Of a stretch of DNA of 43,455 nt, positions 1 to 21,578 are shown piece after piece. The first letter of the stretch is position 1. Every line of letters starts with the position of its first letter. The position numbers and the translations under genes are program-made. The notes beneath the pieces were generated by a model that saw nothing but the letters and a program-made list of their open reading frames with translations, was not told the origin of the DNA and ran no database searches. Source of the stretch: Priapulus caudatus (taxonomy: Eukaryota); contig NW_014577071.1 in NCBI RefSeq assembly GCF_000485595.1, forward strand, positions 226,613 to 270,067, given 5' to 3'.

Positions 1-62
<62 letters not shown>
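1..62. repeat. (TG)n microsatellite
   Basis: Direct reading. Confidence 0.97.
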
Positions 63-63
<1 letters not shown>

Positions 64-952
64 ATGCCCGTGTGCGTGCATGTGTGTGTATGGGAGGATT
101 CGTCTCCCTCCCTATATCTGTGAGGGTCTCTCCCTCCTTCTCCCTGCCTCTCCCTCTCTCTTTCCTCGCTCTTTCTTTACCGCCACACCGGCCTCCCTCC
201 CGCCAAACGCTCCATCATTTACTACTCACAGCGGACTATAGAAACGGCGGGATATATAATTATATTATTTTATTCGATCGAATTTTACATTTTTCCCACT
301 GACCTATTTACTGTCGATTAAACCGATAGATTCGTTCCACCACAAGATCGTTGACGAATAACTGCAACTTGAGCTGAGATTATAAACACATTATAGTAGC
401 TTCGGTAAACAGTGTTAGGTACCAACTATAGTATTGTAGCTCGACCTTGCGTTGGTGGTAAGTTCGTTGTAAGTGGTAAGTGGTAAGTTCGTTGCCACTG
501 CGCAGCTTAGGATGACAGACGACGGTTAACTTCTCGATCATTAACATAATGACGAGTTGGGCGTTATTTATGCACGTTTAATGGCACATATATCAGCTCT
601 CCTGCCACGACAGTCATTCATACTTCTTCATCCTCTTCCTTCTTTAGTTCGTTCATAATTAACACGAGGATTTCACGCAGAACGGTGGGTGGGTGGTGGG
701 GGTGGTGGAGTCGCGTCTAAATCAATTGTTGAAATTGCGATATTCCTTGTAGCGATTTCGGTTTCGCGTTAATTTGAAACCGCGTTAGTAGCTCTATTTG
801 GTTTGTAGTTCGGCTGGCTGGGTGGCCTTGCTCTTACTCGTAAAAGCTAATGTTCGCGTTAAATGGCTGAACGCCGCTATACGTGTATACTCAATCCACA
901 TTGACATTAATATTTGCGCAAGCAAGCAGCAGAAAGGAAGCGATCACGTTGC

Positions 953-1251
953 CAGTCCCGTACCCAAGGGGGGCTTCCAGGGGTTCCGGAACCCCCCCCC
1001 CACCCACCAACCATTAAAAAAATATATACAGTCGACCTCGTCTAAGTCGAATCCAACGGGACTGGAGGAAAAACTTCGAAAACTGTTAAAATGCACCAGA
1101 ATGCACCATTTTAAAGCAAATTTTCAAAATGTTTCCCGGAGGGTCATGCCCCGGACCCCCCTAACATCGCTTCGCTGCTTCGGCGCTCGCAATCACCTGC
1201 ACACCTCTGATTTGGAATCCCCCACTTAGGCTAATCCTGAGTACAGGCCTG
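953..1251. mobile_element. Small non-autonomous DNA transposon (CAG...CTG termini, hAT-like)
   Basis: Imperfect TIRs CAGTCCCGTACCCAAG / CCTGAGTACAGGCCTG, flanked by direct repeat GTTGC (948-952, 1252-1256). Confidence 0.65.
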
Positions 1252-1278
1252 GTTGCAGTGTGATTCACACCTTTACCC

Positions 1279-1280
<2 letters not shown>

Positions 1281-1333
<53 letters not shown>

Positions 1334-1336
1334 GCG

Positions 1337-1371
<35 letters not shown>

Positions 1372-1465
1372 CACTACGCACACACACACACGCACACACA
1401 CCACTACACACGAGCGCACACACACTACCACACGCGCGCACACACACACACACATACACATACAT
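1281..1465. repeat. (CA)n/(CG)n compound microsatellite
   Basis: Direct reading. Confidence 0.95.
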
Positions 1466-1769
1466 AGGTAATTCCATTGGCGATCTGATCATCTCATCTG
1501 TTCTTGTTGTCAGTGCATGAATTTTCCCCACGCCGCGCTCATTTATTATAACAAATTTCCTCATCATCCCGAATTACGCTACCACGCATGCCGTCATCGT
1601 GGGGAGCCTAGGGCTTCCACTGCCGTCAGTAGCGGCGACGGCGTAGACGTGTGATCGACGTGTGGCGTCAGTCTTGTTGCAGTTTGTTTCGCGTGATGCA
1701 TCGCTGGCAGGGAGGCTGCTGGGAGTCTGGCGGCCGGACAGAGCGACGCCTCTCACCATGCTAGCAGAC

Positions 1770-1772
1770 ACG

Positions 1773-1808
<36 letters not shown>

Positions 1809-1930
1809 TGTGTACATGCGTGCGTGCGTCATCGATGCATTACGATTGTTTCATCATTACACGCGATGTTACATTACTGCGCATGCGTCGTGTGTGTTGT
1901 GCGGGTATTCGCGCGTGCATTCGTACGTGC

Positions 1931-1961
<31 letters not shown>

Positions 1962-1992
1962 AATAATATATATATANNNNNNNNNNTTGCGT

Positions 1993-2031
<39 letters not shown>
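1770..2031. repeat. (CGTG)n, (TA)n and (GA)n microsatellites around a 10-N gap (1977-1986)
   Basis: Direct reading. Confidence 0.9.
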
Positions 2032-2033
<2 letters not shown>

Positions 2034-2770
2034 GACGTCACGGTTGCCTTGTTAACGGCGCTCGCTGAAATGCCACCTTGAGAAGAGCGTATGAACAATG
2101 TTATTGACGGGCGAGCCATTCCCGGCTGCCAATTCGCCGTAACAACTCGGCTGTTTTACTACATGCCAGCTTGCTCGTCTAGCGGCTTATCAGATCTGCT
2201 CTTGATACATGCTTTGTCATCTTTCATTAAAAGCAGCTGCCAGCAAATGCCGGCAGCGCGACCGATGGACATGGAATTTAACCCCATAAATAGCCGATCT
2301 GAGACTTATATCTTAAGATAACTTCGTACGGTGGCGGGTATAGATTGAACGGCAAGGCGAATCGGTTGCCGCGCTAACATGTTATTGTAGCTTAATCGTT
2401 TAAGTCATCTCGCTCGCGAAAAGATGTAACAGCCTTCGACAAAAAACTGGAAACACCCGAGCATATAAATCACGTATATCAGCGCCACCTATAGTACAGC
2501 CATTTTCACGCATGAAGCACACATCAAGGAGCCTACTGACATGAAAGTGACGTCGAAATTTCGGGGAATCAAATCACCTGTTCATATAATTACGCTCGTC
2601 ATACCCGCCCTTCTTTTTTAAAGACGTTTCCAGTAAGGAAGGAGTTTGTTACCCGTGTTGTCCTTGTTCTCCTGGGTCGATAGTTTATTGGTGTATTTAT
2701 TTGTTTGTTTATTTGTTTGTCCGTTTATGTAGATTTTGTTGGTTGGTTTGTTTGTTGGTCGGTCGGTTAT

Positions 2771-3041
<271 letters not shown>

Positions 3042-5825
3042 GTCGGTTAATCGGTCGGCCAGTTAGTTAAATATTGAGTGTACCAAAGTAGTACCTCCCT
3101 CTTCCTGCTGACAACTACTTTTGGTTGATTAAACTTAACAGACAAACACGCGCGCCAAACGATTGCCAGACCCATTTACCCCGCTAGGTCTAGGCCAACG
3201 GCCACGAGGAATGCCATGGCCTGCGCATGCAGTCCTTCCACGGAAAAAAACAACTTGCGTTACGACTTCGTCATCGTGCAGAGCGGGTTTTCGGGTTTTC
3301 GACATCTTACTAGTCTGCTTACTTGCTGCGTGGAGCGTAACCACCGCCATCGTTATACAGCACGCGTGATATACGAACGTAGAGAAGTGACGCGAGACCA
3401 GGTAGATATCGCAGCCAGCTCCCGAGCCAGCCTCTGGAATGTGCTTGCATGTTTTACAGCCGCCTTTAACCGCTTCGCCACGGCTGCGATGCGTCAAGTG
3501 AATATATGTGTTACTATAATAACCGAGTCGGCAGATGACGAGCGAAGATTTGCACGTGATGGATACGTAGATTCATTGTTGTCGGTACGCGTTAGCGAGT
3601 GAATGCGATGGAGATCAAAATGGGACAATAGATAAGAACCCGTTCTCACCGCGGTGACAGTGTGTCAGTATAGTATTAACACGGAGTTTGTATCGTGGAT
3701 ACTCGATCTTCGGTCGGTTAGCTTCTGCATTTAGCAACTGGCTGAACATGTGGATAGAATTGTGTATCTTACAACTATAGAAATATAGTCTCAGTGGGGT
3801 GCCAGGAGGTAGGAAGAGAGGTTAAATTTTTATTTCTTTATTTATGTGTATGCCGGTAGCTTTAGCTGGACGGGCGAGGCCCCGACCACGAACATATTCA
3901 TACTAATTTCAAACTTTTAGAGTATATCGTTGCGGTATAGGTAATGCTGACGCATGGCTCACCGGCTCTCTCAAGGACTCCCTTTTTCGCACAATGTTCA
4001 GACAGTTAAAATGTTCAAGCAGATGCCGCCGCAGTAAACTTGTATTATCTAGCAGTATAGTTGCTCGGCTGCCACAAAGACAAGCTCTCACTACAGTCGC
4101 TCGTGTATGACATGATCTGCGGTGGATTTCCCACAAACACATATCCCGTGTTTCTTAGAAAAAAAATGTCAAGCGGTCACGCATCCCACGCGACCCTGTC
4201 CATGACCACGAGTAGCGTTATTTGTCCACTAACGACTGCCTTGGATCGCGCTGGACTTACTCGCGATACTCTACTATCGTTATTGCTTGAAACTGTCTTA
4301 GATCTTAACTTTTTTAGTACTTACCCTGAGCATTATCAAGCTAAGTATGCATGCATACGAGGAGTTTGAATATGCGATTTCGCGAAACCACGTTTGGTCC
4401 GTAAGCGCTCACCGTAACTTTATTGGCATGACTTGGCAATATTGCCCGCGGGTTCTTGACCGACAGACAGACAAACATCACCGCCAGCACTACATGCTCA
4501 TCTCTCTCACAGCCCGTCTTATTTATCTAACTGGCTCTCCCGGTATTCCGTTGGTTTTTCGTCGTCGTAAGTCCTTTTGTCGGTTGACAGCGGGAATGCA
4601 ACCTGTTTTGACAACTCTAGAAAGAGTGCGCGGAAGCGGGGTAGGCTCACAGATATGGAGGAACATAAAGGAAGCGTAAGATGAACTCAGAGCGGCGCCC
4701 AACATTTGCAGAAAATTATTCAAAGAGCTGAGTAATTTATGGACTATAGCTTTACAACCGTATCCCCCTTATTACCCGCTTCGCCCGCTTATTTACCACT
4801 TTTGCTATAGGTGGTGTATAGCACCTTCGCTGTCGCTACAGGTACGGCTCCTGTAGTGGGAGCGAAGGTAGAGCACTGGTAGAGCTATTAACGGACAGGC
4901 CAGTTTCTGCAGGGATGAGAAATACGTTCCTCTCGGTGTATCGAAGTAGATGATTAACGTAAATTTGAATAAATCACATCGCTGTTTCTCACCGATATAT
5001 AGGCACACATCTGGTACGCGCGAATAATTGACTTTGTAGAAATCGAGAAAATATCATTTTACAAACAAATTGTGTTTTCCATGGTCTATCCAAATACTTT
5101 CTCTCGGTATAATTATTCCTCTATATTCCCGATCATAGACGGAAACATTACATAATTCAAGAGGTCCGGCATCTTACCAGAACACCGTAAGCTGTCCACT
5201 AAACATGTGCTCGAACTACAGACCGACCGCCCTCCCGCGGCTACGTCTAGGCAAACAAGCTTTTGATACGAAGATCGTTATAGTGAAACTGCCCATAATT
5301 ACACGAACGCCAGACGGGCAGTAGTCGGTATCAGTGATCTACGAACAGATAAAGGCGCACGTTCATAAAAAACTACTAGTAAGTACACTTAATTAGCACG
5401 CGCGTGTTGTGTTAAGGCTGCTGATTGTGTTAGGATCGTGGTGCCGTAACCTGCCCACCACTCCCCCGCCATTACTACACCTTTCCGCTTGCTACCCACT
5501 TATCTCATCATGCATTCAAGGCATGGAAATGGCAAACAATTCCCCGACTAATAACATAATTACGACTACGCACGACTATAGCTGCGCGATGAGCTACGAG
5601 ATTTCTGCTATTTTCGTACGCCATAAATAGTGGAGGAAATGCGCAAGGAAACTAAAGTACCCCGCTCGCATTACCAGCGTAGACCGCATGCTGTTGGAAA
5701 CTGGTATCGTTTCGTGTTTGCTAATTTTCACTTTCACTACGCTTTTTAAATCGCCTTACATATAACAAGTGGATTATCCGACGAGAAAATGATGGAATCA
5801 ACGGCGGTTATATAACGCCGTGCAT

Positions 5826-5828
<3 letters not shown>

Positions 5829-5908
<80 letters not shown>

Positions 5909-5918
5909 NNNNNNNNNN

Positions 5919-5967
<49 letters not shown>

Positions 5968-5987
5968 ACGTGTGCGTGTGCGTGTGT
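5829..5987. repeat. (TA)n and (TG)n microsatellites around a 10-N gap (5909-5918)
   Basis: Direct reading. Confidence 0.95.
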
Positions 5988-7327
5988 CGGTGGGTGTGTA
6001 TTTATGCACACATACGTCATTACATAACTACGTCAAGCGCATACTTGAGTTACGTTGCAACGATTGATGAACGCAAAAATTAAACAATCGCATGCAGTAT
6101 CCAGTACTAGATATCACACCGAATCCTGCACTATGTATCATGGTGTGCCAATGCATTTATACAAACTTACTACACTGACACATGTGGTCGTAAGCCCCTT
6201 ACAACGCGCGAGAAGCGATACATTAAACATTTTACCGAGCAGTAAGCTCTTAAATCTATTCATAGGCGTTTTCAGTTAATAGTCGTCGTGTCAAAGTAGA
6301 GTTATGCGCAACCACGAAGAATGCGTTTAGCAAATCAGAGCTATTAGACGCATTATGTTGTCAAAAGAAAACTGCAGTCAGGTTTTCGAAGACCTTCGGT
6401 ATGGTAAATGTTTTCTACGGCAGATTAAACATAAAGTCATGGGAAGTAAACGGTAAGGAATCTACCGAGCCAAGCATTGGCATGGAAAATTACAATGCTT
6501 TATGATGGTTTAACAGACCGTAAAAAGGAGAAAAACGGTCAAAGCCATATAGAACGAGCTATATAGCACGAATATGTCTATCGTTAAGTGCGAGAATTTA
6601 TCAAAAGAACGATAAAAAATAAACGAATAATACACGCGCGAACGCTAATATATAGTTGTTTCATCGCTTTTATTATGTGGCCCGCAGACATGCACTTCTT
6701 CATTCGCAAGTAAAATCATGCGTCTATTTTTCTTTCACAATCCATTAGAAACACGAGTTGAAACCTAAGCATTTGCAGTATTTTTACTTAGCTAATGGGA
6801 CACTCAGTGCGTGCACCACTCGGCGCTTATACAGTGTTAAACCTCACATGGCCGTCTATTTCGATAGTGATGCGTATTTAATACGTCCACCTTCTCACGT
6901 GACAATCGAAAAGCTCTCGTATTTCTTTTAATGTTTACTTAACTTTTCACCGTTCATTGCAGCACTGTGGGCACTTTACGCCAACCTCCCGGCAGGATTT
7001 GCACCTTTAGCACCGAGCACTTAACATCTTAATGCAAGAGGGAGATGGGTGGGAACACCTGTTTAAACTGCCCAACCGCTGTTACCATTCACAACATGCC
7101 AACAGCATTTCGGGGCGCATGCATGGGGCCACCTCAGCAGCTGGTAGCTCGGGCCAGGTATGCGGTGAGCCAGACAAAATTTTAAAATGTATAGATGACA
7201 AAATTTGCTATAGACTCGATATCTAAAATAATAGGCGCAATTCGAACAGGTCAGAATTACGCCCTTTGGCTTCTTCCGTCCTTTCGATTAGTCATGCAAT
7301 TAGTGATAATAGCAGAATATATATATA

Positions 7328-8022
7328 NNNNNNNNNNNNNNNNNNNNNNNNNNNNNNNNNNNNNNNNNNNNNNNNNNNNNNNNNNNNNNNNNNNNNNNNN
7401 NNNNNNNNNNNNNNNNNNNNNNNNNNNNNNNNNNNNNNNNNNNNNNNNNNNNNNNNNNNNNNNNNNNNNNNNNNNNNNNNNNNNNNNNNNNNNNNNNNNN
7501 NNNNNNNNNNNNNNNNNNNNNNNNNNNNNNNNNNNNNNNNNNNNNNNNNNNNNNNNNNNNNNNNNNNNNNNNNNNNNNNNNNNNNNNNNNNNNNNNNNNN
7601 NNNNNNNNNNNNNNNNNNNNNNNNNNNNNNNNNNNNNNNNNNNNNNNNNNNNNNNNNNNNNNNNNNNNNNNNNNNNNNNNNNNNNNNNNNNNNNNNNNNN
7701 NNNNNNNNNNNNNNNNNNNNNNNNNNNNNNNNNNNNNNNNNNNNNNNNNNNNNNNNNNNNNNNNNNNNNNNNNNNNNNNNNNNNNNNNNNNNNNNNNNNN
7801 NNNNNNNNNNNNNNNNNNNNNNNNNNNNNNNNNNNNNNNNNNNNNNNNNNNNNNNNNNNNNNNNNNNNNNNNNNNNNNNNNNNNNNNNNNNNNNNNNNNN
7901 NNNNNNNNNNNNNNNNNNNNNNNNNNNNNNNNNNNNNNNNNNNNNNNNNNNNNNNNNNNNNNNNNNNNNNNNNNNNNNNNNNNNNNNNNNNNNNNNNNNN
8001 NNNNNNNNNNNNNNNNNNNNNN
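7328..8022. other. Assembly gap (about 700 N)
   Basis: Run of N. Confidence 0.99.
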
Positions 8023-10257
8023 NTAATATAATATACTAAAACAGTACATGTCAAAAGTAAAAAAGATAGCAAGATAAATGTAACGTAAGTTAAAAAAAAA
8101 AAGTTCCGTAAACGTTATATACCTCTAGTTGCCATGCTCCTGACGACATCGCCAATATATTGTCGATATGTGTGGATTAATGCAAACTTACGGATCATTG
8201 AGGCGGTCCAAACGTGCAACTGTCTAGCAGAAACCTTTTGGCGAGATGAGGGATGCAACCTTGGTGAGCAAAGCTGGTGCGTGCGCAGCAGCAACGGGGA
8301 CACGTCCAGCACCAAAGGATAAAATTCGTCAGCGTTCGGCGACCAACTCGCTCGCACTGGCGGAGGTTTGTGCACGAACGAACGACGTCTACTACACCAC
8401 GGCAAGGTCGACATGGGAGATGAGAGGCGACAAGATAGCTAGAACCCTGGATGGAAGAGCTTACGGGCACTGCTGTACTACTTGCGCGGATCAGCACTGA
8501 TGCGTGTAGTGGAACTAAGTGACCATCGGCGCTCAGAAATAGACAGGCTGATTAAAACAGGACAGTGAGTTGACTGCATGCACATCTTGCGAATACGTCT
8601 CTCATTTAAGGTGGGTTGGTCGCAGTGGCTTGGTTAGTGCATGGGGGCGGGACGTTTGGGTAAAGCCATGATGTCGGAGAAAGCCATGTGGCGAGAGAGC
8701 AGAAGTTAGTTAGAAAAGAGCTAGTTACAAAGAGAAAGAATGAGCAAGAGGGTAAATAGACAGAAAACGAAAAAAGAGACAGTGAAAGAAACAAGGAAAG
8801 AGATAACGAAAGAGAAAAATAACGAAAAATAAGAACGAGAAATAGCAATTCAAAGCGACAGAGAAAGTAACTGAAAAATAAAGTACAACATTTATACATG
8901 GAAGAAAGAAGGACGGCGAATGAAAGAAAACGAGGAGATGGATGGCGAGACAGAAAACTGGTAGCGTTGAGTATAAATGTAATATAATACGTATAACAAG
9001 AGGGATTTCTGGAGTGGAATGCTTCGCAGGGTAATGATCGCGATATGTGAATGTCCTCTACACTAGAGCGTATAACTGCGAACACATAATGTTATCTGCC
9101 ACTGTGAGAGCGCGTCTCTCCGCTTCCTTTTTTTCTCTTTTTGTCCATGTGCGTGCGTGCGTGCGATAGGGCGTGCGTGAATGTGTGCGTGCGGGCGGAC
9201 ATGCGAGGGCGTGGGCAACTACAAGCCCACAGTTCCCACACGCACTACCGCCAGATCGACCGGCTTATGATGTATTTATATGGCTTATGGTGTGTTTTTT
9301 TTGCCATTTTCGCCACCTCAAGCGACTTGAAGAATAAATGGCATCACCATTTGGCTTCATTCCCAAATACAAGACCCAATCTGCCATCATTGTCGCCCAT
9401 AGAGTAAAGGACGCGTGTCTTTATCCTGGGTTTAACCGTCATTGTTGGCAGCCACTAAGCAGTGACTAAGCGGTGACTGACTTAGCAGCACAGAGTGCAA
9501 GTTTCCAAGACCTTCGTTAATGGCCCGGGTGCCGTGGTAAGCGATTGTAAGACGTCTTCATGGCCGAGGTGGCTCCGCTAAGTCTCCCACATAGTGTGTG
9601 GCCAGCAGGATATCACGCGTGTTTAGCGGTAGGAAATCTCATAGGCAAACAGATTATGCACTCTACCACGTTTAACGGAACAATGACGGGGAACCGCGGT
9701 GTTCATTGGACGTTCAGGAAATTAGAAACGTTGCTTATAATATATGGACGAAAGCATAGCAATACAACAAACACTATACTAGTATAGCACTATTGTGCTA
9801 TCAACAAATACGAGGCCTGGAATGACTGCACGACGAGATGCTGACTGACGACGTCATGTGATAATCTATCTGTCCGGTCCGTCTGTTCGTTCGTCTGTTC
9901 GTCCGTCCATCCACCCACCCGCCCGACCGCACACCCACCCATCCATCCATCCATCAATCAATTAATCAATCCATCCATCAATCAATCAATCCATCCATGC
10001 ATCCATCCATCCGTCTGAGAGGGAGTTTAGTTAGATAAATACACTTGAAGACAAATAATTCACAGGATACCACATTATATATATTCACAGAATGACACAG
10101 AATATATCGTACCATAGTATCAAATGTATGAGAATGGGTTATTTTTCTTATAGTACGGTGACAATTAGAGATTAAGACTACCAGGTGATACAAAACAAAT
10201 GCTGGTATGTAGGCAGGCAAGTCACCATCCTGTGAACACGTGCATACATTGTTAGGT

Positions 10258-10495
10258 ACACTGCCACTATTATAGATAGCTTTGTTGCATCACCTTCTAC
10301 TTAAAAACCCTAGACACTGCCACTATTATAGATAGCTTTGTTGCATCACCTTCTACTTAAAAACCCTAGACACTGCATTCGGATGCAATTACTATTAGTT
10401 ATTAAAATAACACTGCATTCGGATGCAATTACTATTAGTTATTAAAATAACACTGCATTCGGATGCAAACACTATTGACTAAAATAAATACAACT
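10258..10495. repeat. Adjacent tandem duplications: 56 bp x2, then 40 bp x2 plus a degenerate third copy
   Basis: 10258-10313 equals 10314-10369; 10371-10410 equals 10411-10450; partial copy from 10451. Confidence 0.9.
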
Positions 10496-10659
10496 AAAAA
10501 AACAAATCTACAAACTAAATATATATATACAATTATCAAGCCATCAAAAGAAGGCACATGTTATTACAATCATATTCAGAATTATTGCTATTTGCAAACT
10601 TGCATTTGTGCACTCAACACATTGCATCACATGAAATTGGTAGAATTTTTGTTGCATTT

Positions 10660-10665
10660 TTTATT
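10660..10665 (-). terminator. Candidate polyadenylation signal of CFAP91
   Basis: AATAAA on the minus strand about 48 nt after the stop codon. Confidence 0.5.
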
Positions 10666-10712
10666 TGCAAACGTGGAAAGGCATTTAAGACCTATCAATT
10701 GGTTTCATTGGT

Positions 10713-19689
<8,977 letters not shown>

Positions 19690-19781
19690 CGTTTAAATGA
19701 CTCACAGTGACTAACAATACATTTAGTTGCAACGCATCGAATACTGTACATAAAATGCGGAGAGAAGTGCAGAGATTTTAT

Positions 19782-19795
19782 GTTGCCATGTCAAC
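19782..19795. promoter_or_regulatory. RFX X-box upstream of CFAP91
   Basis: GTTGCCATGTCAAC, one mismatch from the palindromic consensus GTTGCCATGGCAAC, 93 bp upstream of the ATG of a ciliary gene. Confidence 0.8.
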
Positions 19796-19825
19796 CATTT
19801 TCGCGAGATCACTTGTCTTAGTATC

Positions 19826-19841
19826 CCGACACCTAGTGGTG
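19826..19841 (-). promoter_or_regulatory. CTCF-like motif
   Basis: Minus strand CACCACTAGGTGTCGG resembles the CTCF core CCACYAGRKGGCR. Confidence 0.4.
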
Positions 19842-20100
19842 ATCTTTAGAACCCACAGACCTGAGACCTGCCACAAGTGAAGTGTAACTAAATTAGTAAA
19901 TATTTAATTCACTGTACTTTTCCAACATAAACGTTAAATCTAAAGTAATTAGTTAAAGTAGTAACTAGTGTAGGGTATAAGCATTTCTTTACGCATTTCT
20001 TGCACTTCATTTCTATGTATTTCTTGGGATAAATAATTCTAGTTCTGCGTGCATGCCGCTCGACTACCTCGGCTCATGCAGAGTCTGGCCCGTACTCCGT

Positions 20101-20259
20101 AGGGTCTATGACAGTCTCCCTGACCTCTGTTTGACCTGGCTCGTTTAGCTATTTCTGACTAACCCTAACCCTAACCATATCAGATAGTTACCAGGGTTAG
20201 GGTTGGTCAGAAATAGCTAAACGAGCCAGGCCAAACAGAGATCAGGGAGATATAGGCCT
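20101..20259. mobile_element. Hairpin MITE related to the (CCCTAA)n family
   Basis: Similar AGGGTCTATG..TCTCCCTG terminus and the same CCCTAACCCTAACCATATCAGATAGTTACCAGG core, but different long inverted arms. Confidence 0.75.
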
Positions 20260-20375
20260 TATCTGCCAGTCGGTGCTCACCACGATTACGGATTAGACTA
20301 CTACTACTACTAGTACTACTAGGTCATTAGTCAATCATTGGTGAAATTGAAAAGCCGTATATTTAGATTATGGCC

Positions 20376-20518
20376 GTGGCTACGCGACCGATTCCGGACG
20401 AGGAGCCGCTAGGCTACGCGTCCGGACATCCAACTCACACAGTAATCTTGCGACACGTACACGCATGAATTGCGAAAACGGGACGCTGCTGCTATTGCCG
20501 AGTGTGTGTGTGTGTGTG

Positions 20519-20549
<31 letters not shown>

Positions 20550-20605
20550 TGCTGCGTGCGTGCGTCGCGTGCGTGGCGTGCGTGCGTGCGTGCGTGCGTG
20601 CGTCG

Positions 20606-20637
<32 letters not shown>

Positions 20638-20690
20638 TGTGCGTGTGTGTGTGTGCGTGTGTGTGGTTGAGAGCGAGATGATAGAGCTAG

Positions 20691-20723
<33 letters not shown>

Positions 20724-21065
20724 AGGAGAGAGAGAGAGAGAGCTGTGCGTGTGTGAGAGAGAGAGCGAGAGATATTGGGACGGATGAAAAGGATAGACGG
20801 CAGAGTGCATATATTATTACGGCTTATACCGTTTTACTAATTAGGAGGCGTTCACAGACTTTAATGTCTTTATTCGTGTGATAGGTAATCAAGGGAGGCT
20901 TAACCTAACGCCTAACCATTAACGTATATTGTATATTTTTCGGGCAATCAGCAGACGGGTCCCGTGCCAATCATGCGGTAAGTCGAGTCAACGGCGATCA
21001 CTGTGTGAGTGGATGTTACGGATGCGTAGCGCTGAGGGCGGCGACCGGTGCGGACGCGTAGTCAC
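20376..21065. mobile_element. Degenerate TIR element filled with (CGTG)n/(TG)n/(GA)n microsatellites
   Basis: About 70-bp imperfect inverted repeats: GTGGCTACGCG...GCTACGCGTCCGGACATCCAACTCACACAGTAATC versus the reverse complement of 20996-21065. Confidence 0.6.
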
Positions 21066-21578
21066 TAGCATTTAAATTATTTGCTTCAAATTATAGCAAC
21101 ATTCCACAGCAGCACTACAGCTACATTAATTCAATAGTTTTAATGCGGATATGTTTAAATAGACTTTTTCACGACTAAAAGACTGCTTACGATTGAAATT
21201 AGCAGTGGATTTGCTGTTCGGCACTTGCTCAATCGTTCCTCACCGACTCTGAGTCCCTACCTACTAGTTTTGCTGTTGCCAGTTTGAACTCTCAGCCTTA
21301 ATTTTTGAAATGTGGCTAAACTAAGCCGGTCTAAAGTTTTCTAGGATTGGGCCCCGGCATTGTTGATGTTGGAACATCTCCAAATCTCATATTCATTTAA
21401 ATCTATATTATTATATATAAATTATTAAAAAATCAACCGTTACAATATAATTCAATTATGCATCATAATATGTCATTTACTGTCGACAGTAAAATGCATG
21501 CGAGATGTCGCGAAGATTGCTCAAATGCCGGTTACACAGCGTGAATTTAATAATGAGCATTTACAAACCAACTATTAA

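Noticed and set aside
2..2119. ORFs with VCVC/HTHT/RACV/ERER runs (also 5746-6083, 11440-11846, 20409-20810, 42005-43320)
   Set aside because: Translations of microsatellites, not proteins.
7195..8072. Long ORFs of 249-278 aa
   Set aside because: Composed of X from the N gap.
8115..8500. GC-balanced stretch with several overlapping ORFs
   Set aside because: No recognisable motif or convincing splice sites; could be a decayed transposon but unsupported.
9425..9700. Short inverted repeat CCGTCATTGTT / AACAATGACGG
   Set aside because: Only about 11 bp match and no TSD; may be an old MITE but not supportable.
10258..10495. CRISPR-like repeat appearance
   Set aside because: Units are directly tandem with no unique spacers, the context is eukaryotic, and no cas genes are present.
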